The notes beneath the pieces were generated by a model. It was not told where the DNA came from. It saw nothing but the letters and a program-made list of their open reading frames with translations, and ran no database searches. This document shows, piece after piece, positions 53,798-64,000 of a DNA stretch of 64,000 nt. A program made the translations under genes and the position numbers. The DNA comes from Candidatus Cryptoclostridium obscurum (GTDB taxonomy: Bacteria; Bacillota; Dehalobacteriia; UBA7702): contig CAJFVQ010000038.1 in assembly GCA_904420535.1 (NCBI GenBank), positions 8,539 through 72,538 of the forward strand, in the 5' to 3' direction. Positions within the stretch are counted from its first letter, which is position 1. Every line of letters starts with the position of its first letter.

Positions 53798-53826
53798 ATT
53801 ATACTTTATCGAACTAAATTTGTAAA
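53798..53826 (-). promoter_or_regulatory. Promoter candidate for the amino-acid ABC operon
   Basis: Minus strand: TTTACA (53821-53826), 17-nt spacer, TATAAT (53798-53803). Confidence 0.5.
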
Positions 53827-54011
53827 GTGAAATCAATACTTTTTTTAAAATTTAGTAAAGATTTTCTTTGATTCGTCTGAATGCTCTTTTTTATCGTGAT
53901 AATATTTATAGAACTTTAAATTATCTCATTTTCTTAAATTTTCATTGTAATCTATGAAAAAAGGTATTAAAATAGTAATATAAAGTTAGAAGTGTTTCAA
54001 TGCTCACTTTC

Positions 54012-54040
54012 TTGACTAGATTTTTGCAATTTGATAAAAT
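54012..54040 (+). promoter_or_regulatory. Promoter candidate for the pur operon
   Basis: TTGACT (54012-54017), 17-nt spacer, TAAAAT (54035-54040). Confidence 0.5.
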
Positions 54041-54075
54041 TAATTATTAAGTTTGTATATTTTTGGAGGTGCATT

Positions 54076-54600
54076 GTGGAAAATCCACGAGTAATCATTG
54101 TCATGGGCAGTGATTCTGATCTGCCACAGATGGCAGCAGCTGCTCAAATTCTAGAAGATTTGCAAGTTCCTTTTGGAATTCATGTATCGTCGGCTCACCG
54201 CACACCAGAAAAAACGCATCAGATCGTTGCCGAAGGTGAAAAAAATGGAGCCGAAGTTTTTATTGCTGCGGCAGGCGGTGCTGCTCACTTAGCCGGTGTT
54301 GTCGCTTCTGCCACTGCCTTACCGGTGATTGGTGTGCCCATTGCTACCAATGTGATGGGGGGGATGGATTCCCTTTTATCCACAGTGCAAATGCCTCCCG
54401 GGATTCCTGTTGCTACTGTCGCCATTGGGGGCGCAAAAAACGCCGGCATATTGGCAGCACAAATTCTTTCTGTAAAAGATCAATCTTTGCGGGACAGAAT
54501 TAGAAATTATCGTCAGACTATGGCCAACGGGGTCAAGGCAAAGGATGAAAAATTGCAGTCCATGACTGTTAAAGAATATTTGGAGCAAATGAAAAAGTAA
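54076..54600 (+). CDS. purE: 5-(carboxyamino)imidazole ribonucleotide mutase
   Basis: VIIVMGSDSDL, SAHRTP and AAGGAAHLAGVVAS motifs. GTG start at 54076, after GGAGGTG. Confidence 0.94.
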   Translation: MENPRVIIVMGSDSDLPQMAAAAQILEDLQVPFGIHVSSAHRTPEKTHQIVAEGEKNGAEVFIAAAGGAAHLAGVVASATALPVIGVPIATNVMGGMDSLLSTVQMPPGIPVATVAIGGAKNAGILAAQILSVKDQSLRDRIRNYRQTMANGVKAKDEKLQSMTVKEYLEQMKK

Positions 54601-54612
54601 GGAGAATCAAAT

Positions 54613-55905
54613 ATGATCAGTCGTTACAGCTTACCCGAGATGCAAGCAATTTGGGAACATGAGAACCGCTTTCAGCAAATGATGGAAGTTGAAATATGTG
54701 CTTCCGAAGCTATGGCGGAATTGGGATATATTCCTCAAGAGGCTGCCAAAAATATCCGCGAAAAGGCAGCCTTTGATGTGGACCGTATTGCCGAAATAGA
54801 ATCTGTTGTCAAGCATGATGTGATCGCTTTTCTCACCTGTGTTGGGGAATATGTGGGAGAAGATTCCAAATATATCCATATGGGAATGACTTCTTCGGAT
54901 GTTCTCGATACCGCACTGGGCCTCCAAATGCGAGACAGTGCGGATTTGTTGTTGGGAAAAGCGAGAAAACTCCGTTCCATTTTGGCGGATTTGGCAAAAA
55001 AATATAAATATACCATAATGACTGGACGTACCCATGGAATTCATGCAGAGCCCATCACCTTTGGTCTAAAAATGGCTTTGTGGACCATGGAAATGGATCG
55101 TAACATCGAACGCCTTATGGATGCCAAAGAGATGGTTTCTGTTGGGATGATTTCCGGCGCTGTTGGAACATTTGCTAATATTGATCCTCGGGTTGAAGAA
55201 AAAGTTTGCGCCCGTCTGGGATTAAAGCCGGAACCTGTTTCCACTCAGATTATTCAACGGGATCGTCATGCCGATTTCCTTACAACCATTGCTGTTTTCG
55301 GTGCGAGTCTTGAAAAATTTGCTACCGAAATCCGTAATCTCCAGCGTACCGATATTCTGGAAGCAGAAGAATCTTTTGAAAAAGGACAAAAAGGATCTTC
55401 CGCCATGCCCCACAAAAAGAACCCCATCACGGCCGAACGGGTTGCCGGTCTTTCTCGTGTGCTTCGCGGCAATGCTATGGCATCTTTGGAAAATGTGGCA
55501 CTGTGGCATGAAAGAGATATCACCCATTCCTCAGTGGAACGGATCATTCTGCCCGATTCTTGTCTCCTTTTAGATTATATGCTCCACCTCATGATCCGTA
55601 TTATGGAGCATATCGTGGTTCACGAAGATAACATGAAGGCAAATCTCGAAAAAACTTTGGGACTCGTGTTCTCTCAGAGAGTCATGCTGGCTTTGATCGA
55701 TAAAGGGATGCTTCGGGAGAAGGCTTATGAATGGGTTCAACGGAATGCCCTTTATGCCTGGGATACCAAAACTGATTTTGAATATCTTGTTTCTGAAGAC
55801 AAAGACATTGCCAAATATCTTTCCAAAGAAGAAATAGAAAATATTTTTGATTATAATTATCATTTGAAAAACATCGACTATATTTTTGAACGTATTGGAC
55901 TGTAA
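54613..55905 (+). CDS. purB: Adenylosuccinate lyase
   Basis: [22 protein letters not shown] and the signature [11 protein letters not shown]. Confidence 0.96.
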   Translation: MISRYSLPEMQAIWEHENRFQQMMEVEICASEAMAELGYIPQEAAKNIREKAAFDVDRIAEIESVVKHDVIAFLTCVGEYVGEDSKYIHMGMTSSDVLDTALGLQMRDSADLLLGKARKLRSILADLAKKYKYTIMTGRTHGIHAEPITFGLKMALWTMEMDRNIERLMDAKEMVSVGMISGAVGTFANIDPRVEEKVCARLGLKPEPVSTQIIQRDRHADFLTTIAVFGASLEKFATEIRNLQRTDILEAEESFEKGQKGSSAMPHKKNPITAERVAGLSRVLRGNAMASLENVALWHERDITHSSVERIILPDSCLLLDYMLHLMIRIMEHIVVHEDNMKANLEKTLGLVFSQRVMLALIDKGMLREKAYEWVQRNALYAWDTKTDFEYLVSEDKDIAKYLSKEEIENIFDYNYHLKNIDYIFERIGL

Positions 55906-55918
55906 GGAGGAATCAATC

Positions 55919-56632
55919 ATGGTGAAAAAAATGGACATGCTTTACGAAGGAAAAGCCAAAAAAGTGTTTTTAACCGATGACCCTGATATTCTTTGGATTG
56001 AGTATAAAGATGACGCCACAGCTTTTGATGGGAAAAAAAAGGGGACCATCATGGGGAAAGGGGAACTGAACAATGCGATTTCCTCGATCTTTTTTTCAAT
56101 GCTGAAAGACCATGGTATAGAAAATCACTTTGTGGAAAAAATTTCCGATACAGAACAATTGGTCAAACGAACCGACATTATTATGGTGGAAGTGATTGTC
56201 CGCAATATTGCGGCCGGAGGCATGGCAAAACGTCTGGGCATTCCGGAAGGGACTCCTTTGAAGTCTACTGTTGTAGAATTTTGTTATAAATCCGATGAAT
56301 TAGGCGATCCTATGATCAATGATTACCATATCGCCGCTTTAGATTTGGCTACAAAAGAGCAAGTTGCAGAGATTACCGATATCACTTTAAAGGTAAACGA
56401 AGTGCTGAAACAATATTTGGCAGAACGTAAAGTAAAACTTGTCGACTTTAAACTGGAATTCGGCCTTTTCCATGGTAAAGTACTTTTAAGCGATGAAATC
56501 TCGCCCGATACCTGCCGCTTCTGGGATAGTGAAACTAATGAAAAATTGGATAAAGATCGCTTCAGAAGAGATATGGGTCATGTAGAAGACGCTTATCGGG
56601 AGATTCTCAAACGACTCACGGAAAAAGCGTAA
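55919..56632 (+). CDS. purC: Phosphoribosylaminoimidazole-succinocarboxamide (SAICAR) synthase
   Basis: [21 protein letters not shown] and LVDFKLEFG motifs. Start at ATG 55919, after AAGGAGG. Confidence 0.95.
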   Translation: MVKKMDMLYEGKAKKVFLTDDPDILWIEYKDDATAFDGKKKGTIMGKGELNNAISSIFFSMLKDHGIENHFVEKISDTEQLVKRTDIIMVEVIVRNIAAGGMAKRLGIPEGTPLKSTVVEFCYKSDELGDPMINDYHIAALDLATKEQVAEITDITLKVNEVLKQYLAERKVKLVDFKLEFGLFHGKVLLSDEISPDTCRFWDSETNEKLDKDRFRRDMGHVEDAYREILKRLTEKA

Positions 56633-56657
56633 ATTGTAAACATAAAGGAGTATATCA

Positions 56658-57683
56658 ATGGGCGTAAGTTATAAAGATGCCGGCGTCGATATTGAGAAAG
56701 GTAGCGAAGCAGTGGAACTCATGCGCGACCACGTAAAATCGACGTTTCAAAAAGGCGTTCTGACCGATATTGGGAGTTTCGGTGGTTTGTTCCAACTGGA
56801 TACGGAAAAATATTCCCAGCCGGTTTTGGTCTCCGGAACCGACGGCGTTGGCACCAAATTGCGCATTGCCATGATGATGGACCGTCATGATACCATCGGT
56901 ATTGACGCTGTGGCCATGTGTGTGAACGACATTTTGGTGCAGGGGGCAACCCCTCTGTTTTTCCTGGATTATTTGGCCACGGGAAAGCTGGATCCTCAGA
57001 AAATCGCTGATATCGTAAAAGGCATTGCCGAGGGCTGCCGTCAGAGTCGCGCTTCTTTGATTGGTGGGGAAACCGCAGAAATGCCCGATTTCTATGGAAA
57101 AGATGAATATGATATTGCAGGGTTTGCAGTAGGCGTTGTCAATAAAGATAAAATTATTGATGGAAGCCGTACAGAGAAAGGCGATGTCATGCTTGCTCTG
57201 CCCTCTACCGGGGTTCATTCCAATGGTTTTTCCCTCGTTAGAAAGTTAGTTTTTGATACCGCACATTTGTCGGTGGATGATTATATTGAGGAACTGGGAT
57301 GTACCTTGGGAGAAGAGTTGCTACGACCCACAAAAATATATGTTGAGGAAATTTTACCTTTACTGGATCGTTTTGATATTCATGGAATGTGTCACATTAC
57401 CGGCGGTGGGCTCATTGAAAATATTCCTCGAAGTATACGCAAAGATCTCAATGCGGTGATTGATGTGGCTTGGCTGAAACCACCAATCTTCGAATATCTC
57501 CAACGGATCGGTGATGTCGATGACGTGGAAATGCATCGCGTTTTTAATATGGGCATCGGTTATATTGTAATTACGGATCAGGATACCGCTTGGGAAATTC
57601 AGGAGCGAAACCCCGCATTTTTCCAGATTGGATATTTGGAAGCAGGCGAAGGAAAAACTGAAATTATGGGAGTTACAATATGA
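56658..57683 (+). CDS. purM: Phosphoribosylformylglycinamidine cyclo-ligase (AIR synthase)
   Basis: SYKDAGVDI, SGTDGVGTKL, DAVAMCVNDI and GVHSNGFSL motifs. Confidence 0.96.
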   Translation: MGVSYKDAGVDIEKGSEAVELMRDHVKSTFQKGVLTDIGSFGGLFQLDTEKYSQPVLVSGTDGVGTKLRIAMMMDRHDTIGIDAVAMCVNDILVQGATPLFFLDYLATGKLDPQKIADIVKGIAEGCRQSRASLIGGETAEMPDFYGKDEYDIAGFAVGVVNKDKIIDGSRTEKGDVMLALPSTGVHSNGFSLVRKLVFDTAHLSVDDYIEELGCTLGEELLRPTKIYVEEILPLLDRFDIHGMCHITGGGLIENIPRSIRKDLNAVIDVAWLKPPIFEYLQRIGDVDDVEMHRVFNMGIGYIVITDQDTAWEIQERNPAFFQIGYLEAGEGKTEIMGVTI

Positions 57684-58237
57684 AACGATTTGTTGTTTTG
57701 GTTTCGGGAAGAGGTTCTAATTTTAAAGCTATTCTCGATGAGATCCAAAAAGGAAATATTCAGGGAGAAATTGTCGCTGTCATCTCAGACAATCATCATG
57801 CAAAAGCTTTAGATATTGCTCGGGATGCCGGGATTGAAGCAATTTTTGGTAACGCAAAATCGGAGGAATATCCGCAATGGCTATTGGGAACCGTTCAGTC
57901 CTATGAGCCTGACTACGTTTTATTAGCTGGTTATATGCGTATTGTACCACCGGAATTTGTATCTGCATTCCCTCAAAGAATTATCAACATTCACCCTGCA
58001 TTGTTACCGTCGTTTCCAGGACTTCACGGGCAACGGCAAGCCTTGGAATACGGCGTTAAAATTTCAGGCTGCACTGTCCATTACGTGGATGAAGGAATGG
58101 ATACTGGAAAGATCATTGCGCAGAGAGCAGTACCGGTTCTGGAAGGAGATACGGAAGAAACTCTTTCCGCGCGAATCTTGAAAGAAGAACATCAACTATA
58201 TCCCGCAGTCGTAAAAATGCTGGCGGAGCAAGAATAA
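57680..58237 (+). CDS. purN: Phosphoribosylglycinamide formyltransferase
   Basis: VVLVSGRGSNFKAI, LAGYMRI, NIHPALLPSFPG and GCTVHYVDEGMDTG motifs. Overlaps the purM stop. Confidence 0.95.
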   Translation: MKRFVVLVSGRGSNFKAILDEIQKGNIQGEIVAVISDNHHAKALDIARDAGIEAIFGNAKSEEYPQWLLGTVQSYEPDYVLLAGYMRIVPPEFVSAFPQRIINIHPALLPSFPGLHGQRQALEYGVKISGCTVHYVDEGMDTGKIIAQRAVPVLEGDTEETLSARILKEEHQLYPAVVKMLAEQE

Positions 58238-58299
58238 ATAGTTAGTGCAGGCAATGGCGGAATATCGCCATTGCCGCCACGCATATCAGAGGTATTCAT

Positions 58300-59562
58300 A
58301 TGAAAGTATTAGTAATCGGAAGCGGTGGCAGAGAACATGCCATTGCCGCAAAAATCAGCGAAAGCCCTCGATTGGAAAAACTTTATGCCGCCCCCGGCAG
58401 TGATGGTATGTCTTCCATTGCGGAATGCATTCCTTACAAAGTGACAGATGTAACGTCCATCGTCGACTTTGCAGTTAAAGAAAAAATAGATATGGTCTTT
58501 ATTGGCCCCGAGGTTCCTTTGCTTCTCGGCATGGCCGACGCATTGTTGGAAAAGGGAATCATGGTTCTAGGGCCCCGAAAAGACGCTGCGGAGTTGGAAG
58601 GCAGCAAAGCTTTTTCAAAGGGAATTATGAAAAAATACGGAATCCCCACCGGCGCTTATGAAGTATTTACCGAAAGCCAAGATGCCCTTGCATATTTGGA
58701 AACGGTCTCTTATCCCACTGTTATCAAGGCAGACGGCCTAGCAGCGGGAAAAGGCGTGATTATTGCGGAAAACAAGGAGGAAGCCCAAAGTGCTGTACGT
58801 AGCATGATGGATGATCGCGTCTTTGGTGATAGTGGGGCGCAAATTGTCATTGAAGAATTCCTGGAAGGAGAAGAACTGAGCCTTCTCGGTTTTACTGATG
58901 GCAAAACAATCATTCCCATGGTGCCTTCTCAAGATCATAAACGTATTTTTGATCATGATATGGGTCCCAATACTGGTGGCATGGGAGCATATGCTCCCGC
59001 TCCCATTGGTTCCTCTACTGTGATGGAAGACGCTATGGAAAAAGTGATGAAACCTTTGATCGCAGCCATGGCGAAAGAAGGAAAACCTTATTGCGGTGTG
59101 CTTTATGCAGGGCTGATGGTAACTGATCAAGGAATTAAAGTTTTAGAGTTCAACGCACGTTTTGGAGACCCCGAAACCCAGGCAGTGCTTCCACTGTTGG
59201 ACAGCGATATCATTACAATTACAGAAGCAATCAATCGAGGAACATTGGCGCAGACAGAAATCAAATGGAAAGATAAGTCTGCGGCTTGTGTTGTAATGGC
59301 AGCGAAGGGGTATCCTGGAAGTCCAGTAAAAGGCGACATCATTCACGGACTTGAGGATGAAGTGGGAGGAACCTTTGTTTTTCATGCAGGAACCGTAAAA
59401 AAGGACGGCATTTTCTATACCAACGGAGGCCGCGTCCTGGGCGTTACGGCATTAAGCGATGATTTAAAAAATGCCATTGACTTGGCTTATCAGCGAGTCG
59501 GAAAAATCAGCTTTGAAGGGTGCCAATTCCGTAAGGATATTGGGGCAAAAGCATTTAAGTAA
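58300..59562 (+). CDS. purD: Phosphoribosylamine--glycine ligase
   Basis: MKVLVIGSGGREHA, the ATP-grasp motif VIKADGLAAGKGV, EFNARFGDPE and GGRVLGV. Confidence 0.96.
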   Translation: MKVLVIGSGGREHAIAAKISESPRLEKLYAAPGSDGMSSIAECIPYKVTDVTSIVDFAVKEKIDMVFIGPEVPLLLGMADALLEKGIMVLGPRKDAAELEGSKAFSKGIMKKYGIPTGAYEVFTESQDALAYLETVSYPTVIKADGLAAGKGVIIAENKEEAQSAVRSMMDDRVFGDSGAQIVIEEFLEGEELSLLGFTDGKTIIPMVPSQDHKRIFDHDMGPNTGGMGAYAPAPIGSSTVMEDAMEKVMKPLIAAMAKEGKPYCGVLYAGLMVTDQGIKVLEFNARFGDPETQAVLPLLDSDIITITEAINRGTLAQTEIKWKDKSAACVVMAAKGYPGSPVKGDIIHGLEDEVGGTFVFHAGTVKKDGIFYTNGGRVLGVTALSDDLKNAIDLAYQRVGKISFEGCQFRKDIGAKAFK

Positions 59563-59597
59563 ACCGCAATAGGCACAACAAAAACGAAGGAGCAGAT

Positions 59598-61724
59598 ATG
59601 TTAGATTTTATAGAAAACCTCAATGAGGAACAACGGAATGCAGTGATGGCGGAGAATGGCCCTGTTTTGGTCATCGCCGGCGCCGGCTCCGGGAAGACGA
59701 GAGTTTTGACCTCTCGTATTGCTTATTTGATACAGGAAAAAAATATACATCCCGGAGAGATCATGGCGCTGACTTTTACGAACAAAGCAGCCAATGAAAT
59801 GCAAAGCCGTATCAGTAAGCTGATCGGGCAGGACATCTACGGACTGTGGGTCGGCACGTTCCATCGGATATGTCTGCGAATTCTGCGTATGGAAGGCGAG
59901 GCCATTGGTCTTGATCGTGACTTTGTAATTTACGACGATGCCGACCAGCGTTCTCTCATAAAAACCATTATGAAACAGCGCGGTATTGACGGAGATGAAA
60001 TCACCCCGGCGACGGCACTTCATATTATTGGCGACGCCAAAAATAAAATGCTCTCACCGGAAGCTTTTGAGGAAACGGCACTTACAGCGAAAGAGGAGAC
60101 TGTAGCGGAAATTTATGCCTCTTATGAAAAGAATTTAAAAGCGAACAATGCTTTAGATTTTGACGATTTGCTTCTCTATGCTGTAGAGCTTTTTACGCAG
60201 TGTCATGATGTTTTAACACGGTATCGCGACCGTTTCCAGTATATACTGGTGGACGAGTACCAAGATACCAACGAGGCACAATACTGCCTTCTGCGTCTTT
60301 TGGCGGGGAAACAAGGCAATTTGTTTGTGGTAGGTGATCCTGACCAAAGCATTTATGCGTTTCGTGGTGCTAAAATTGAAAATATCCTTAATTTTCAGGA
60401 GGATTATTCTGACGCGCAAATTTATCGTCTGGAAAAAAATTATCGTTCTACCTGTCAAATTCTCCGTGTAGCAAATGACTTAATCCGCCATAATATGAAT
60501 CGGTTGGAAAAAAATCTTTATTCCGATCGCGATGATGGACATGAAGTTGAATCTCTGATGCTGGCCGATGAAAAAGCCGAAGCAATCTATATCGCTGACG
60601 CTATTCGTAATTTGATGGATCGTGAGCATTATGGATTGAAAGATTTTGCCGTTTTCTACCGCACGCATGCCCAAAGCCGTATTTTGGAAGATATTTTAAT
60701 GCGGCGCCATATTCCCTACAAAGTGTTTGGTGGCCAGAAATTTTATGACCGAAAAGAAATTAAAGACACCATGGCCTATCTGCGTCTTATTATGAATCCT
60801 GGCGATAATATTAGCCTGCTGCGTATTATCAACGAACCTCGTCGTGGAATCGGCAATGTTACGTTGGAAAAACTAGAAGATAAAAGTGTTGAACAAGCAG
60901 TTTCCATTTGGGATTTTATGAAGGATGGTATTAACGATCCAGACTTTAAAGCTGCAGCCAGGAAATCACTTCAAGTGTTTATCGATGTAATGCAACACTT
61001 AATGCTATTTGCTACAGACCACAGCATAACTGAATTGGTCGATGAAATTTGGACCAGCACCGGCTATAAAGCCATGCTAGAACAAGAAAATACCGTAGAA
61101 AATATGAGCCGCTTAGAAAATATGGCTGAATTTCTCACGGTAACGAGAGATTACGATATTTCCAGTAGAGAGACCCCCGAAGGTGGGAGTCTTGCAGATT
61201 TTTTGGCTGGGATCTCCCTTAGTTCTGATTTGGATGCCATGGATGATGAGGAGTATCTTACTCTAATGACCATCCATATGGCCAAAGGTTTGGAATTTCC
61301 AGTCGTTTTTCTCATGGGGATGGAGGAAAATATTTTCCCTCACGTTCGTTCCATTCTTTCCGGCAGTGAACAAGACATTGAAGAAGAGCGCCGGCTTTGC
61401 TATGTAGGTGTAACCAGAGCCATGGACCGACTCGTAATTTTAAGGGCATATCGTCGGACTCTATGGGGACGCACTTCATACAACAAACCTTCGCGTTTTC
61501 TTGCAGAAATGGATCTTGCCGCTCCCAATATCATTGAACAAAAAGAAGTGCATCCCACTCCCATTCATGAATTTACTACTGGAGATAAAGTCCGCCACGG
61601 TAAATTCGGAGACGGTGTAATCATTGCACTGGACAAAGAAGAAGGGAAAGTCAAAATTGCCTTCCCGGATCTGGGAATCAAAGAATTTTTATTGGAATAT
61701 GCTAATTTGGAAAAATTAAACTAA
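59598..61724 (+). CDS. pcrA: ATP-dependent DNA helicase PcrA (UvrD family)
   Basis: LNEEQRNAV, Walker A AGAGSGKT, VDEYQDTN, TIHMAKGLEFPVVF and the C-terminal GDKVRHGKFGDG Tudor-like tail. Confidence 0.96.
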   Translation: MLDFIENLNEEQRNAVMAENGPVLVIAGAGSGKTRVLTSRIAYLIQEKNIHPGEIMALTFTNKAANEMQSRISKLIGQDIYGLWVGTFHRICLRILRMEGEAIGLDRDFVIYDDADQRSLIKTIMKQRGIDGDEITPATALHIIGDAKNKMLSPEAFEETALTAKEETVAEIYASYEKNLKANNALDFDDLLLYAVELFTQCHDVLTRYRDRFQYILVDEYQDTNEAQYCLLRLLAGKQGNLFVVGDPDQSIYAFRGAKIENILNFQEDYSDAQIYRLEKNYRSTCQILRVANDLIRHNMNRLEKNLYSDRDDGHEVESLMLADEKAEAIYIADAIRNLMDREHYGLKDFAVFYRTHAQSRILEDILMRRHIPYKVFGGQKFYDRKEIKDTMAYLRLIMNPGDNISLLRIINEPRRGIGNVTLEKLEDKSVEQAVSIWDFMKDGINDPDFKAAARKSLQVFIDVMQHLMLFATDHSITELVDEIWTSTGYKAMLEQENTVENMSRLENMAEFLTVTRDYDISSRETPEGGSLADFLAGISLSSDLDAMDDEEYLTLMTIHMAKGLEFPVVFLMGMEENIFPHVRSILSGSEQDIEEERRLCYVGVTRAMDRLVILRAYRRTLWGRTSYNKPSRFLAEMDLAAPNIIEQKEVHPTPIHEFTTGDKVRHGKFGDGVIIALDKEEGKVKIAFPDLGIKEFLLEYANLEKLN

Positions 61725-63731
<2,007 letters not shown>

Positions 63732-63747
63732 GAAAACAGGAGGTTGT

Positions 63748-64000
63748 CATGGGCCAAAATATCAGACGTATTATCGTTGAAAAAAAGCAGGGATTTAATG
63801 TGGAATCTCAGCATATTTTGAAAGATCTGATCCATATCCTCGGTTGTAAGGGGGTAAAAACTCTGCGTATCTTCAATGTATACGATGTGGAAGGGCTGTC
63901 CGAAGAAGAATTGGAGCTCGGAAAGAGGATGGTCTTTTCCGAGCCGCCGGTAGATTTCTGCTATGATGAGGAACTTCCTTTAAAAAGTGATGAACGAGCT
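63748..64000 (+). CDS. purL: Phosphoribosylformylglycinamidine synthase (large single-chain type), N-terminal fragment running off the window
   Basis: MGQNIRRIIVEKKQGFNVESQHILKDL...IFNVYDVEGLSEEEL matches the N-terminal domain of clostridial-type FGAM synthase. GGAGG SD. The frame is open to the window end. Confidence 0.8.

Noticed and set aside
53757-54075. A purine riboswitch or PurBox upstream of purE.
   Set aside because: The predicted promoter is only about 35 nt from the start codon. No riboswitch core sequences are present. Only isolated CGAAC/TTCG pentamers occur, about 60 nt apart, which is not the PurR arrangement.
56655-57218. 187-aa ORF antisense to purM. The similar antisense ORFs at 25279-25821 (queA) and 59601-60023 (pcrA) fall in the same category.
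   Set aside because: These are shadow ORFs opposite strongly conserved genes, with no independent signals.

Overview
This window looks like a chromosomal core region of a spore-forming, SLH-protein-bearing Firmicute (Clostridia-like, moderate GC). I support about 67 protein genes, almost all housekeeping. I see no rRNA, tRNA, CRISPR array or mobile element. Gene order follows several Bacillus subtilis blocks: spoIIIAG-AH / asp23 / nusB / xseAB / ispA / dxs / tlyA / argR / recN; ruvCAB-queA; alaS-ireB-ruvX-yrzB-mltG-U32; a pur operon; and pcrA-ligA. The main feature is a 657-bp gap between ispA and dxs with no credible ORF. It holds a densely self-complementary RNA of about 575 nt (5845-6420), followed by a small 4-TM protein gene. 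I identify this pair as an OLE (ornate, large, extremophilic) RNA and its partner gene oapA. That class is already described, but its function is still unresolved and ORF-based annotation misses it. Other observations worth a second look: (1) a three-gene cell-surface locus (13.6-19.2 kb) that combines a prenyltransferase-like alpha/alpha-toroid giant protein with two DUF4430 (transcobalamin C-terminal-like) proteins, each behind its own promoter and long leader; (2) a tetR-MMPL-coiled-coil-lipoprotein operon; (3) an unlisted 51-aa zinc-ribbon ORF; (4) an EamA transporter remnant with an in-frame stop; (5) several regulatory hairpins and palindromes. All calls come from reading the sequence and the ORF translations. 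No database search was run.
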